Under the pieces are notes generated by a model. It saw nothing but the letters and a program-made list of their open reading frames with translations, did not search any database and had not been told where the DNA came from. The position numbers and the translations under genes are program-made. Shown here piece after piece: positions 1 to 7,862 of a stretch of 64,000 bases of DNA. Within the stretch, counting starts at the first letter, position 1. Every line of letters starts with the position of its first letter. Source of the DNA: an uncultured Flaviramulus sp. (GTDB lineage Bacteria > Bacteroidota > Bacteroidia > Flavobacteriales > Flavobacteriaceae); contig CANLXL010000004.1 of the NCBI GenBank assembly GCA_947495125.1, positions 84,322 through 148,321 of the forward strand, read 5' to 3'.

Positions 1-176
1 ATCGGATTGACCCAATTTGGTTCAAAAACAAAGGTTTTGGAATTGATTACCGTTTTAGTCTTTGAATATGATTCTGTATATTTTATTTCCTTTTCTATTT
101 TTTTTTGAGATTTTGTTTGCCCTGTTATGCCTAAGGTGAACAGAAATAACCCAATTATTAAAATTATGTTTCTCAT
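1..176 (-). CDS. exported hypothetical protein, N-terminal part only (gene runs off the left edge)
   Basis: ATG at 176-174 on the minus strand, then 58 open codons to the window edge (MRNIILIIGLFLFTLGITGQTKSQKKIEKE...). Hydrophobic signal peptide with Gln after the likely cleavage site. Too short for the ORF track. Confidence 0.4.
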   Translation of the reverse strand, partial: MRNIILIIGLFLFTLGITGQTKSQKKIEKEIKYTESYSKTKTVINSKTFVFEPNWVNP

Positions 177-203
177 GATTTCTGATTTTTAAATGGTTAA
201 ATT

Positions 204-368
204 TTAGTTTCTCATGGCTGCACCTGCCGCAGCACCATATTGTTCTAATTTTTTGTAGAATCTTTTGAATATTGTTTTAATTTTTTCAACGAATTCTTCT
301 TCTTTTAGATCGCTACACCAATTTCTAATGGCATAGATCTTTTCTATTGTTGGGATTTGAGTTTTCAT
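204..368 (-). CDS. small hypothetical ORF (54 aa)
   Basis: My own translation: MKTQIPTIEKIYAIRNWCSDLKEEEFVEKIKTIFKRFYKKLEQYGAAAGAAMRN. It starts 20 nt downstream of a minus-strand TAAATTTA box (389-396) and about 60 nt downstream of the triple repeat at 429-481. It ends 27 nt before the next gene. No family recognised. Confidence 0.3.
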   Translation of the reverse strand: MKTQIPTIEKIYAIRNWCSDLKEEEFVEKIKTIFKRFYKKLEQYGAAAGAAMRN

Positions 369-428
369 ACCTGATTCATATTTATAGTATAAATTTAGGT
401 CGAAGCCCTGATAAAAATCGAAACGAAC

Positions 429-481
429 TAAGTGAAGTGGAGAAATAAGCTAGTGAAGTATTTGTATTTGAAAGTGAACTT
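429..481. promoter_or_regulatory. three direct repeats (A/T)AGTGAA(G/C)T with exact 21-bp phasing; candidate LytTR regulator binding site 1
   Basis: TAAGTGAAGTG (429-439), CTAGTGAAGTA (450-460), AAAGTGAACTT (471-481). GTGAA cores start at 432, 453 and 474. The same architecture recurs at 3562-3613. Confidence 0.55.
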
Positions 482-497
482 AATATAGAGGTCTATG

Positions 498-590
498 TCA
501 TCTTTTCCCCTTAAAGTAACCATAAAGGCCAATACCAACCAATGGCGAAATTAAAAGTACTAATTTTAATATGATCATTAAAGGTTCCAT
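498..590 (-). CDS. possible 30-aa hydrophobic peptide downstream of the response regulator
   Basis: MEPLMIILKLVLLISPLVGIGLYGYFKGKR, a single predicted TM helix with a basic C-terminus. It begins 33 nt after the regulator stop codon. No other support. Confidence 0.25.
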   Translation of the reverse strand: MEPLMIILKLVLLISPLVGIGLYGYFKGKR

Positions 591-622
591 AAATAGTACT
601 GCTGTTTTAAATGAATTTGCAT

Positions 623-1384
623 TTAATTATTTATCCACGTTTTTATTTCTGATGATTTCGCTTTACTTATAGTAATGCGCTCCTTAGATGGCGGATTAAC
701 ATTGATTATCAACTTTCCGTTAAAGTAGAATTTAATGTTCTTTATAGCATTTCTATTGATTATAAATTGCCTATTTGCTCTATGAAAGTTATAAGGGTCT
801 AACTCTTTTTCTAAATCTTCCAGTTTTTTATCAATAACAAAGGCTTGATTTTTAAAGGTTGTCGCTTTTACAATACTATGTTCTATGTGGAAATAAGCAA
901 TATCTTCTGCTTTGACTGGAATCAATTCATCCCTTTGATGTACTAAAAATGTTGATTTGAAAGTGGGACTTTGTGATTGCATGAATTGAACCAATTGTTG
1001 AATGTTATCATAAGATACTGTCGGCGTTTGGGATCTCGAGCTAAACTTCTTGATGGCAATACTTAATTCCTCTTCATTGATTGGTTTTAACAGATAATCT
1101 AAACTGTTAACTTTAAATGCTTTAAGAGCATACTGATCATAAGCTGTTGTGAAAATTATCGGGATCGTAATGTTAGCTTTTTCAAAAATCTCAAATGAGA
1201 GACCATCAGCCAAATGTATATCCATAAACACAAGTACAGCTTCATTTGGTTTATTAAAATAGGCTACTGCAGATTTTACAGAATCTAGTACAGCCAGTAT
1301 TTCAATACTTGAATCGATTTTGTGAATGAGGTAAGTGAGCTGTTCACTTGCAGCTAATTCATCTTCTATAATAACGACTTTCAT
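623..1384 (-). CDS. LytR/AlgR-family response regulator (receiver + LytTR DNA-binding domain)
   Basis: N-terminal receiver domain (MKVVIIEDE..., FMDIHLADG phospho-acceptor context) and a C-terminal LytTR-like region (FHRANRQFIINRNAI). Lies next to the matching kinase type. Confidence 0.92.
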   Translation of the reverse strand: MKVVIIEDELAASEQLTYLIHKIDSSIEILAVLDSVKSAVAYFNKPNEAVLVFMDIHLADGLSFEIFEKANITIPIIFTTAYDQYALKAFKVNSLDYLLKPINEEELSIAIKKFSSRSQTPTVSYDNIQQLVQFMQSQSPTFKSTFLVHQRDELIPVKAEDIAYFHIEHSIVKATTFKNQAFVIDKKLEDLEKELDPYNFHRANRQFIINRNAIKNIKFYFNGKLIINVNPPSKERITISKAKSSEIKTWINN

Positions 1385-1493
1385 GTGTTTATATTTATTG
1401 CTTTTTATCCCGAAAGCTATCGGGAGTCATATGTAGCATCCATTTGACCATTCCCTTAGATGTCAGGATGTTGTCATGGATGTTTCATAATAT

Positions 1494-2549
1494 CTAATTT
1501 ACTGATAATTTTACCTTAAAAATATTGTTGGTATTGCTTATAGAAATATGTTTCTTTTTGAGCGCATAGTAACGTTTATTTAAATTTGCTAATCCATTGC
1601 CTGTACCGGATGATAACGTTTTTCTCGGTCTAATTTCATTTTCTATGACAATAAAGCCGTCCTCAGAATATACATTTACTTTAAGAGGGTGCGCTTCAGA
1701 TATTTCGTTATGCTTAACCGCGTTTTCAACCAGTAGCTGTAAAGCTAAAATGGGAACTTTCTTTTTTAATAAGGGTTTATCTATGTTGTAGTTTATGCTG
1801 AATTTACTGCGGTATCTTACCTTTATTAAATATATGTAGCTCTTTAAAAACTCAAGTTCTTCTTCAAGGGTCACCAGGTCTCGTTCACTGCTTTGTAGTA
1901 TATAGCGGTACAAATAAGACAACTTATTAATAAAGCTGGTAGCGTCTTTGTTTTCTTTTACCAGTGCACTCAATGAATTTAGAGAATTGAATAAAAAATG
2001 AGGGTTTACTTGATTTTTTAGAGCCATTAATTCATTTTGCAAACTTTGCTGTTTTAAAGCTTCTTGCTCAATTAATTTTTCTTTAAGACTTAATTGATAT
2101 CTTAAAATTCTAGCAATAAATATGGCTATTATAGCAATCACAAAATACACGAAGTAGGTCAACCCTTGTTCTTGAGATACCATTGATTCTCCTACTAACC
2201 TCGGGTACAAAAAGAGGAATAAATGCAATAATGCGATGTATAAAGCAATGTTTATGATGATGGTTGTTAATCCCCTTAGAACGCTTTGAAATTTTGAATA
2301 GAAATATTTAGTATTCGCATTGAACTCTAACAACAACCAGGAAAAAAGGGTAAACCATAAGAATCGAAATAGTATATCTTTTATAGAAGCTGGAGTAAAA
2401 GCAGTCGATAAGTCATCTACGATACCAAACATATTTAAGATTCTGGGTAAGGTTAAGAGCGTTGATATGATTAACGCAATACACAGTAAAACCTTTTGCT
2501 TAATAAATGTGGTTGTCAAAATTGTTATCGTTTTATTGATGAAGATCAT
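1494..2549 (-). CDS. sensor histidine kinase, LytS/YehU-like (PF06580-type His kinase)
   Basis: Multi-TM N-terminus, H-box NPHFLFNSLNSLSALV typical of the LytTR-partner kinases, and a C-terminal ATPase region (NAVKHN ... GTGNGLANL). Confidence 0.9.
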   Translation of the reverse strand: MIFINKTITILTTTFIKQKVLLCIALIISTLLTLPRILNMFGIVDDLSTAFTPASIKDILFRFLWFTLFSWLLLEFNANTKYFYSKFQSVLRGLTTIIINIALYIALLHLFLFLYPRLVGESMVSQEQGLTYFVYFVIAIIAIFIARILRYQLSLKEKLIEQEALKQQSLQNELMALKNQVNPHFLFNSLNSLSALVKENKDATSFINKLSYLYRYILQSSERDLVTLEEELEFLKSYIYLIKVRYRSKFSINYNIDKPLLKKKVPILALQLLVENAVKHNEISEAHPLKVNVYSEDGFIVIENEIRPRKTLSSGTGNGLANLNKRYYALKKKHISISNTNNIFKVKLSVN

Positions 2550-2620
2550 AACTAATATAGTTAAAATTAATATAAGTTATTCGTATAGTTTAAGTCGGTT
2601 GAGTATGAGGTTAAAAACAA

Positions 2621-2661
2621 CTGCCAGAGAAGTATGAAATGTTTTTAATGATCTCTGGCAG
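2621..2661 (-). terminator. hairpin terminator after the 2693-3346 lipoprotein gene
   Basis: 10-bp perfect stem CTGCCAGAGA / TCTCTGGCAG. On the minus strand it is followed by TTGTTTTT. The loop is long (21 nt). Confidence 0.55.
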
Positions 2662-2692
2662 TTCAACTAACCAAACTAACTATATATGAAAA

Positions 2693-3346
2693 CTATTTTA
2701 ACAATTCGTTTACTATTCGTTTTGAAAAATCTTTGGAAATTGTTCCTAAAGATTTTGGGTTGTCAATCTCTGTAGTGATTACTGAAATTAATTGTTCGTT
2801 ATCGTCTTTTGTCAAATCGTAAATTACGGTTTCCAGGATGTATTTTTTTCCAGAATAAGTGATGGTGCTTTCAGGTTCAGATTGAACATAAATGCTACTA
2901 TAGTAACGGTAAAATGTACCATTTGAACCTCTAAAGTAGCTAGGGTACCATAGGGTAGAATAGCCTCCACCAGTCGTTTCTGTCCTAGAATATTCTTGAG
3001 TATCTTTTAGACTATTAAGAATAATGATATCTACACCTTTAGTTTTCAAATCTTCAACGATTTCCTGAACTTCATTTTCGCTAAGTTTGTCCTCAGTATC
3101 AATTCTTGGAAAAACGGTTAGGCTTTCCATAGAATTGAGACCATGTTCCCTTAAATTGTTTACAAGGTCACTTTCAAACTGACTTCTAACAACATGGTCG
3201 TCCGTTTTACTGATTACCATGATGCGTTTATCATTTAAATTGAGTTCTTTTGAATTGTTCCATGAACCAACAACGCGTACTGTCGAACAACTTGTAACCA
3301 TTACAATTAGTGTTAATATCCCTAATATTTTGCTTATAGTTTTCAT
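2693..3346 (-). CDS. hypothetical lipoprotein
   Basis: Lipobox-like signal (LIVMVTSC|S). 217 aa, no family recognised. Starts 15 nt after the small ORF 3361-3498. Confidence 0.8.
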   Translation of the reverse strand: MKTISKILGILTLIVMVTSCSTVRVVGSWNNSKELNLNDKRIMVISKTDDHVVRSQFESDLVNNLREHGLNSMESLTVFPRIDTEDKLSENEVQEIVEDLKTKGVDIIILNSLKDTQEYSRTETTGGGYSTLWYPSYFRGSNGTFYRYYSSIYVQSEPESTITYSGKKYILETVIYDLTKDDNEQLISVITTEIDNPKSLGTISKDFSKRIVNELLK

Positions 3347-3360
3347 GATTTCTAGTGTTT

Positions 3361-3498
3361 TTATATAAACATATGGATGTCATTCGTATCTCTGTTGATT
3401 AAATTTAACCTTACTAAAGTGTAATCTTCAAAGCTTTTTAGATGTAAAAACCGTTTTACAAAGCTCCATTTTTCCAGAATTGATTTTAAATTTTTCAT
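3361..3498 (-). CDS. small hypothetical ORF (45 aa)
   Basis: My own translation: MKNLKSILEKWSFVKRFLHLKSFEDYTLVRLNLINRDTNDIHMFI. Its ATG lies 24 nt downstream of an exact minus-strand TACATTTG (TAnnTTTG) box at 3523-3530. Weak N-terminal resemblance to the 204-368 ORF. Confidence 0.3.
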   Translation of the reverse strand: MKNLKSILEKWSFVKRFLHLKSFEDYTLVRLNLINRDTNDIHMFI

Positions 3499-3522
3499 GA
3501 CGTTAATGTTTTAATTCTTGTA

Positions 3523-3530
3523 CAAATGTA
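3523..3530 (-). promoter_or_regulatory. Bacteroidota-type -7 promoter box TACATTTG (minus strand)
   Basis: Exact match to the TAnnTTTG consensus. Lies 32 bp from the triple repeat and 24 nt upstream of the 3498 ATG. Confidence 0.5.
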
Positions 3531-3561
3531 TGTATGGATAGGTGCTGGATATTTAGCGTTT

Positions 3562-3613
3562 TAGGTGAAACGACTAAAATCGAAAGTGAAGTGTCTGAAG
3601 TTGAAAGTGAATT
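3562..3613. promoter_or_regulatory. three direct repeats around GTGAA with exact 21-bp phasing; candidate LytTR regulator binding site 2
   Basis: TAGGTGAAACG (3562-3572), AAAGTGAAGTG (3583-3593), AAAGTGAATTA (3604-3614). GTGAA cores start at 3565, 3586 and 3607. Confidence 0.55.
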
Positions 3614-3736
3614 AAATGGATTCATCTCATATCAGTTTATGGTTAATTCCATTGCATTTTAAGCTTTCCAGCAAAATGAAACCCAAATAAATCAAGCTTA
3701 CTAGTTTTTTTATCAAAAATCTGTCAATATCCTTGT

Positions 3737-3754
3737 AAAGCTCACGTGAGCTTT
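3737..3754. promoter_or_regulatory. perfect 18-bp palindrome AAAGCTCACGTGAGCTTT; candidate LacI-family operator (autoregulation)
   Basis: Perfect dyad centred on CG. It lies immediately upstream of the TATCTTTG -7 box (3756-3763) of the LacI gene. A near copy lies at 4800-4817. Confidence 0.6.
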
Positions 3755-3755
3755 T

Positions 3756-3763
3756 TATCTTTG
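3756..3763 (+). promoter_or_regulatory. -7 promoter box TATCTTTG for the LacI-family gene
   Basis: Matches TAnnTTTG, 17 nt upstream of the ATG at 3781. Confidence 0.5.
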
Positions 3764-3780
3764 TAAAACATAAAAATGAA

Positions 3781-4785
3781 ATGAAAAGCACCATTACGAT
3801 TAAGGATGTAGCGAGTGAACTTGGTATTCATCATGTAACGGTTTCCAGAGCTTTAAGAAACACCGGGTCGGTGAAGCAAGAAACAAGGGATTTGATAAAA
3901 AAGAAAGCTAATGAATTAGGTTATAAACCAAACCGTTTGGCTCAAAATTTTCGAAATAAACGAAGTCATACATTAGCCGTTGTGGTTCCGAACTTGAGAT
4001 CTAATTTTTTCTCAAAATTTGTTTCAGATTTTATGGAAATTGCACAAGAAGCGGGTTATTCGGTGATGATTTTTCAATCTGGTGAGGAACTCAACCTGGA
4101 AAAAGAAATCATTGACTCGTTGATAGGGTATCGCGTAGCAGGTGTTGTTGCTTCGGTGACAAAGGACACGATCTATGAAAATCCTTTTGATATTTTGAAA
4201 GATGAAAATATTCCATATGTGTTTTTTGACCGAGCCCCGAAACAAGCCAAGGCTGCACAAGTCTTAGTCAATAATTTCCAAGGTGCTTATGATGCGGTGA
4301 CAGCAATGGTCAAATCAGGAAAAAAGCGAATTGCTTATATTTCTGCTCATTACCAGCATAAAATATTTCTTGACCGTTTGGCTGGTTATAAACAGGCACT
4401 TAAAGATAATGGATTACCTTATCGGGAGGACATGATTGTAAAAGCAGGTTTTTTTATGAAAGATGGATTTGGTCAAGCCAAGATTTTAATGGAGAAGAAA
4501 GATAAACCAGATGGGATCTTAGCCTTTAGAGATGAAATTGGGATAGGAGTTATTAAGTATTTGAAAAAAATAGGAGCTCGTATACCGGAGGATATTGCTG
4601 TTGTTGGATTTGATAATGATCCGATGGGTCTGGCATGTGAACCTGAGTTAACCACAGTGCAACAGTCTATTCCTGCAATGGTAGCGAGTTCATTTGACCT
4701 GTTATTGGGACAGATAAAAAGCGATAAGCTAAGTTTTGAAAAGATGATAATTGAGCCTAAAATTATTTATAGGGGATCGGTCTAG
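3781..4785 (+). CDS. LacI-family transcriptional regulator
   Basis: N-terminal HTH (TIKDVASELGIHHVTVSRALRN) plus a periplasmic-binding-protein-like sugar-binding core (334 aa). Confidence 0.92.
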   Translation: MKSTITIKDVASELGIHHVTVSRALRNTGSVKQETRDLIKKKANELGYKPNRLAQNFRNKRSHTLAVVVPNLRSNFFSKFVSDFMEIAQEAGYSVMIFQSGEELNLEKEIIDSLIGYRVAGVVASVTKDTIYENPFDILKDENIPYVFFDRAPKQAKAAQVLVNNFQGAYDAVTAMVKSGKKRIAYISAHYQHKIFLDRLAGYKQALKDNGLPYREDMIVKAGFFMKDGFGQAKILMEKKDKPDGILAFRDEIGIGVIKYLKKIGARIPEDIAVVGFDNDPMGLACEPELTTVQQSIPAMVASSFDLLLGQIKSDKLSFEKMIIEPKIIYRGSV

Positions 4786-4799
4786 TTTTTTTAAATAAA

Positions 4800-4817
4800 A
4801 AAGCACACGTGAGCATT
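4800..4817. promoter_or_regulatory. second operator-like dyad AAAGCACACGTGAGCATT upstream of the haem-protein operon
   Basis: Same CACGTGAGC core as 3737-3754, with 2 mismatches to the perfect palindrome. Lies 100 bp upstream of the 4917 start. Confidence 0.5.
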
Positions 4818-4916
4818 TGTATTTTTTTAAAACGTTATGAAATTCGGAAGGGTGACAGCGCGTTTAGAATTAATACAGAAATTTCTTAATCAAAAGTATT
4901 TTATAACTTAACTGTT

Positions 4917-7862
4917 ATGTTTAGATTTATGACTGTTATAAAAAAAATAAAAAAGCTGTGGATGTTGTATATAATGTCTGCTATCCTGCTATCATGTGGT
5001 CATTCAGATGCATCATTTGAACCTCTACCAAAAAATGTTGATTTTAATTTCCATATTCGGCCTATTCTTGTTCAAAATTGTTATTTATGTCATGGACCCG
5101 ACCCCAGTAGTCGCAAAGCCAACCTTAGATTAGATACTTATGAAGGTGCAACGGCGGCTTTGAAAGAAGGCGGGTTTGCTGTAGTTCCTGGAAAACCAGA
5201 TAAAAGTCAGTTAATTGAAAGAATCAACCATCAGCACGAGGATAAAATTATGCCTCCTGTTGAAACCAATAGTAAGTTAACTGAAAGAGAAAAAGCGCTT
5301 TTAGAAAAATGGATAAAACAAGGTGCCGAATGGAAACCACATTGGTCATTTATCAAACCTAGTCTTGAGGAACATAAGGATGAGATGGCTACGATCGATT
5401 TATTTATTAATAAGCGTTTAGAGGAAAAAAAATTAAATAAGGTATCCACGGCGAACAAGAACACGCTTATTCGCAGAGTATCATATCTATTGACGGGCCT
5501 TCCACCATTACCAAAAGATGTAAAAAACTATATTTCTGATACGTCGGAACATGCTTATGAAAATATGGTAGATCATTATTTGAATTCATCGGCTTATGGA
5601 GAACGGTGGGCAAGACATTGGATGGACTTGGTCAGATATGCAGAAACTAAAGGGCATGAATTTGATTATAGTATTACCGGAGCCTGGAAATATCGCGATT
5701 ATCTAATAAGAGCATTTAATGATGATATTCCTTATAATCAATTATTAAAAGAGCATTTAGCGGGAGATCTATTAGAAGAAAAAAGATACAATCCGGAAAG
5801 TGGTGTTTTAGAATCACATTTAGCTACTGCCTTTTATGCCTTAGGTGAGGGGACGCACAGTCCGGTTGATGTTAGACAAGATGAATCCAATCGTATTGAC
5901 AATATGATTGATGTTACTACCAAAACATTTCAGGGCCTTACGGTATCTTGTGCAAAATGCCATGACCATAAATTTGATCCTATTACGGCTGCAGACTATT
6001 ATGCTTTATATGGTGTTATGGAAAGTACACGTTTCACTCCTTTAGATTCAGATCGATCCATTTCAAAAGAAATCACTGCTAAAGAAATACTGGAAATTCA
6101 GGACTATGTAAAAACTATGGTTTCTGAAAAGGTCCAACCAAAAACCTTAAGTCAGGAATCCGAAATAAATTCAGCCAATGCATACAAAATGTTAGGTGAT
6201 TTTAGAAATTCTGATTTTGATGGTTGGGTAAGCGAAGGTTTTGCATTTGGGAATAAAACGACTTTGGGAAACCCAATAATTAATGAATCTTCTGGAAAAT
6301 TAATTGCTTTTAATGACGGGAAAGCATCCAGCAGGATTTTTGATACGGGTGTTTTTGGAACTTTAAGATCTTCCAATTTCATCTTGGATTCCGATTTTAT
6401 CGGGGTTCGGGCACGTGGTCATAAAAGCACAATTCGAATAATTATTGACAATTTTCAACTGATTAAAAATCCTATTTATGGCGATCTCACTAAAGGAATA
6501 AATAACTCAGACTGGAAAAATTACACCTTTAACGTTGGTCCCTGGAAAGGTCATAAAGCCTATATAGAAATCCTTCCGGGTCAATACCCCGGTCAAAGTT
6601 TTAACTTGTCTGATAATGCCTTTATTGAAGCGAAATATGCTATTTCTTATAACACGCAATGGCCTTCAGAAATAAAAGCACCTGATAAAACATTAGCAAG
6701 CACATATTCTCCGTCTCAAATCAATGAACTCAATTCTAGATTAAAAAGTGGTCAGACAAAAGCCTATTTCCCTGAGTTGGTAACTATCATTGACAGTATT
6801 AAAGAACGATCTAAAGATTTAAAAAGCAGTTCATTTGTTTATGGTGTTACTGATGGTTTTGCCATTAACAGTCCTGTCTTTAATAGAGGGCGCTATCAAG
6901 AGCTTTCCGAAGACAGTATCCCCAGAAGATTTTTATCGGCATTACCATTAGGAGATGTTGCTTTTAAATCTAAGGGCAGTGGAAGATTGGAATTGGCCAA
7001 TGCCATGCTTAATAAGGAGAATCCTTTAACTGCCAGAGTAATGGTGAACCGCATATGGCACCACCTTTTTGGAAGAGGTATTGTTGAAACTGTTGATAAT
7101 TTTGGGCTTCAGGGAAAATTACCTTCACACCCGGAATTATTAGACCATCTTGCTATTACATTTCAAAATAATGGATGGTCTGTAAAAAAAATGATAAAAT
7201 ATATAGTGACTTCTGAAGCTTTTAAACGAAGTACAATTACCAATAAAGAATTACTGGCAAAAGACCCTAGCAATATCTACTTAGCTTCCTTTCCGGTAAG
7301 GCGCTTAGAATCTGAAGCGATCAGGGACGGTATTCTTGTAGCTTCTGAAAGTTTGGATTCAACATTATATGGGCCTCCGGTACCCATATATCTTACCGAG
7401 TTTATGCAGGGAAGAGGAAGACCGAAAAAACCTGGTCCTTTAGACGGGAATGGCAGACGAAGTATTTACCAGGAAGTGCGACGGAATTTTTTAGAGCCCA
7501 TGATGACAACTTTTGATCGCCCCATACCATTTACTACTTTTGGGAAGCGTGATGTCACCAATGTCCCTTCTCAATCTTTAATTTTGATGAATGATCCTTT
7601 TGTAATCGCTCAAGCTGAAATTATGGCTGAGAAGTTATTAGCTCAAAACGATTTATCAATCCATCAAAAAATTGAATGGGTTTACATGAATGCGTTTTCC
7701 AGAAAACCATCAATAGAAGAAATAACCAATGCCTCAAAGTTTATTTCACTTCTTGAAGAGATGAAAAAAACTGAAGTTTCTGATGTTGATATAGACTTAG
7801 AAGTTTGGAAAGAGTATTGTCACAGTATATTTAACTTAAAAGAATTCTTATACCTAATATAA
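4917..7862 (+). CDS. Planctomycete-type cytochrome c domain protein (PSCyt1 + PSCyt2/DUF1549 + PSD1/DUF1553)
   Basis: Lipoprotein-like signal (ILLSCGHS). CxxCH motifs CYLCHGPDPSSRKANLRLD and CAKCHDHKFDP, the latter a DUF1549 hallmark. Long DUF1553-like C-terminus. Its stop overlaps the next start (TAATG). Confidence 0.88.
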   Translation: MFRFMTVIKKIKKLWMLYIMSAILLSCGHSDASFEPLPKNVDFNFHIRPILVQNCYLCHGPDPSSRKANLRLDTYEGATAALKEGGFAVVPGKPDKSQLIERINHQHEDKIMPPVETNSKLTEREKALLEKWIKQGAEWKPHWSFIKPSLEEHKDEMATIDLFINKRLEEKKLNKVSTANKNTLIRRVSYLLTGLPPLPKDVKNYISDTSEHAYENMVDHYLNSSAYGERWARHWMDLVRYAETKGHEFDYSITGAWKYRDYLIRAFNDDIPYNQLLKEHLAGDLLEEKRYNPESGVLESHLATAFYALGEGTHSPVDVRQDESNRIDNMIDVTTKTFQGLTVSCAKCHDHKFDPITAADYYALYGVMESTRFTPLDSDRSISKEITAKEILEIQDYVKTMVSEKVQPKTLSQESEINSANAYKMLGDFRNSDFDGWVSEGFAFGNKTTLGNPIINESSGKLIAFNDGKASSRIFDTGVFGTLRSSNFILDSDFIGVRARGHKSTIRIIIDNFQLIKNPIYGDLTKGINNSDWKNYTFNVGPWKGHKAYIEILPGQYPGQSFNLSDNAFIEAKYAISYNTQWPSEIKAPDKTLASTYSPSQINELNSRLKSGQTKAYFPELVTIIDSIKERSKDLKSSSFVYGVTDGFAINSPVFNRGRYQELSEDSIPRRFLSALPLGDVAFKSKGSGRLELANAMLNKENPLTARVMVNRIWHHLFGRGIVETVDNFGLQGKLPSHPELLDHLAITFQNNGWSVKKMIKYIVTSEAFKRSTITNKELLAKDPSNIYLASFPVRRLESEAIRDGILVASESLDSTLYGPPVPIYLTEFMQGRGRPKKPGPLDGNGRRSIYQEVRRNFLEPMMTTFDRPIPFTTFGKRDVTNVPSQSLILMNDPFVIAQAEIMAEKLLAQNDLSIHQKIEWVYMNAFSRKPSIEEITNASKFISLLEEMKKTEVSDVDIDLEVWKEYCHSIFNLKEFLYLI

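Noticed and set aside
1466-1488. Tandem GGATGTTGTCAT / GGATGTTTCAT, plus a TCCCGA...TCGGGA hairpin, in the 109-bp gap between the kinase and regulator genes
   Set aside because: These are short and occur once. They are plausibly an intercistronic stability element or chance, and no testable function is suggested by context.
1597-2637. Plus-strand ORFs 1597-1791 and 2320-2637
   Set aside because: Both are mostly antisense to the histidine kinase gene. The second also runs 88 nt into the upstream gap. They have no recognisable domains and are typical AT-rich shadow ORFs.
3660-3710. TAAGCTT...AAGCTTA 7-bp inverted repeat followed by T7 on the + strand, upstream of the LacI gene
   Set aside because: The loop is 27 nt and the stem is AT-rich. 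No + strand gene or clear promoter precedes it. It might terminate a short transcript, but the evidence is too thin to call.
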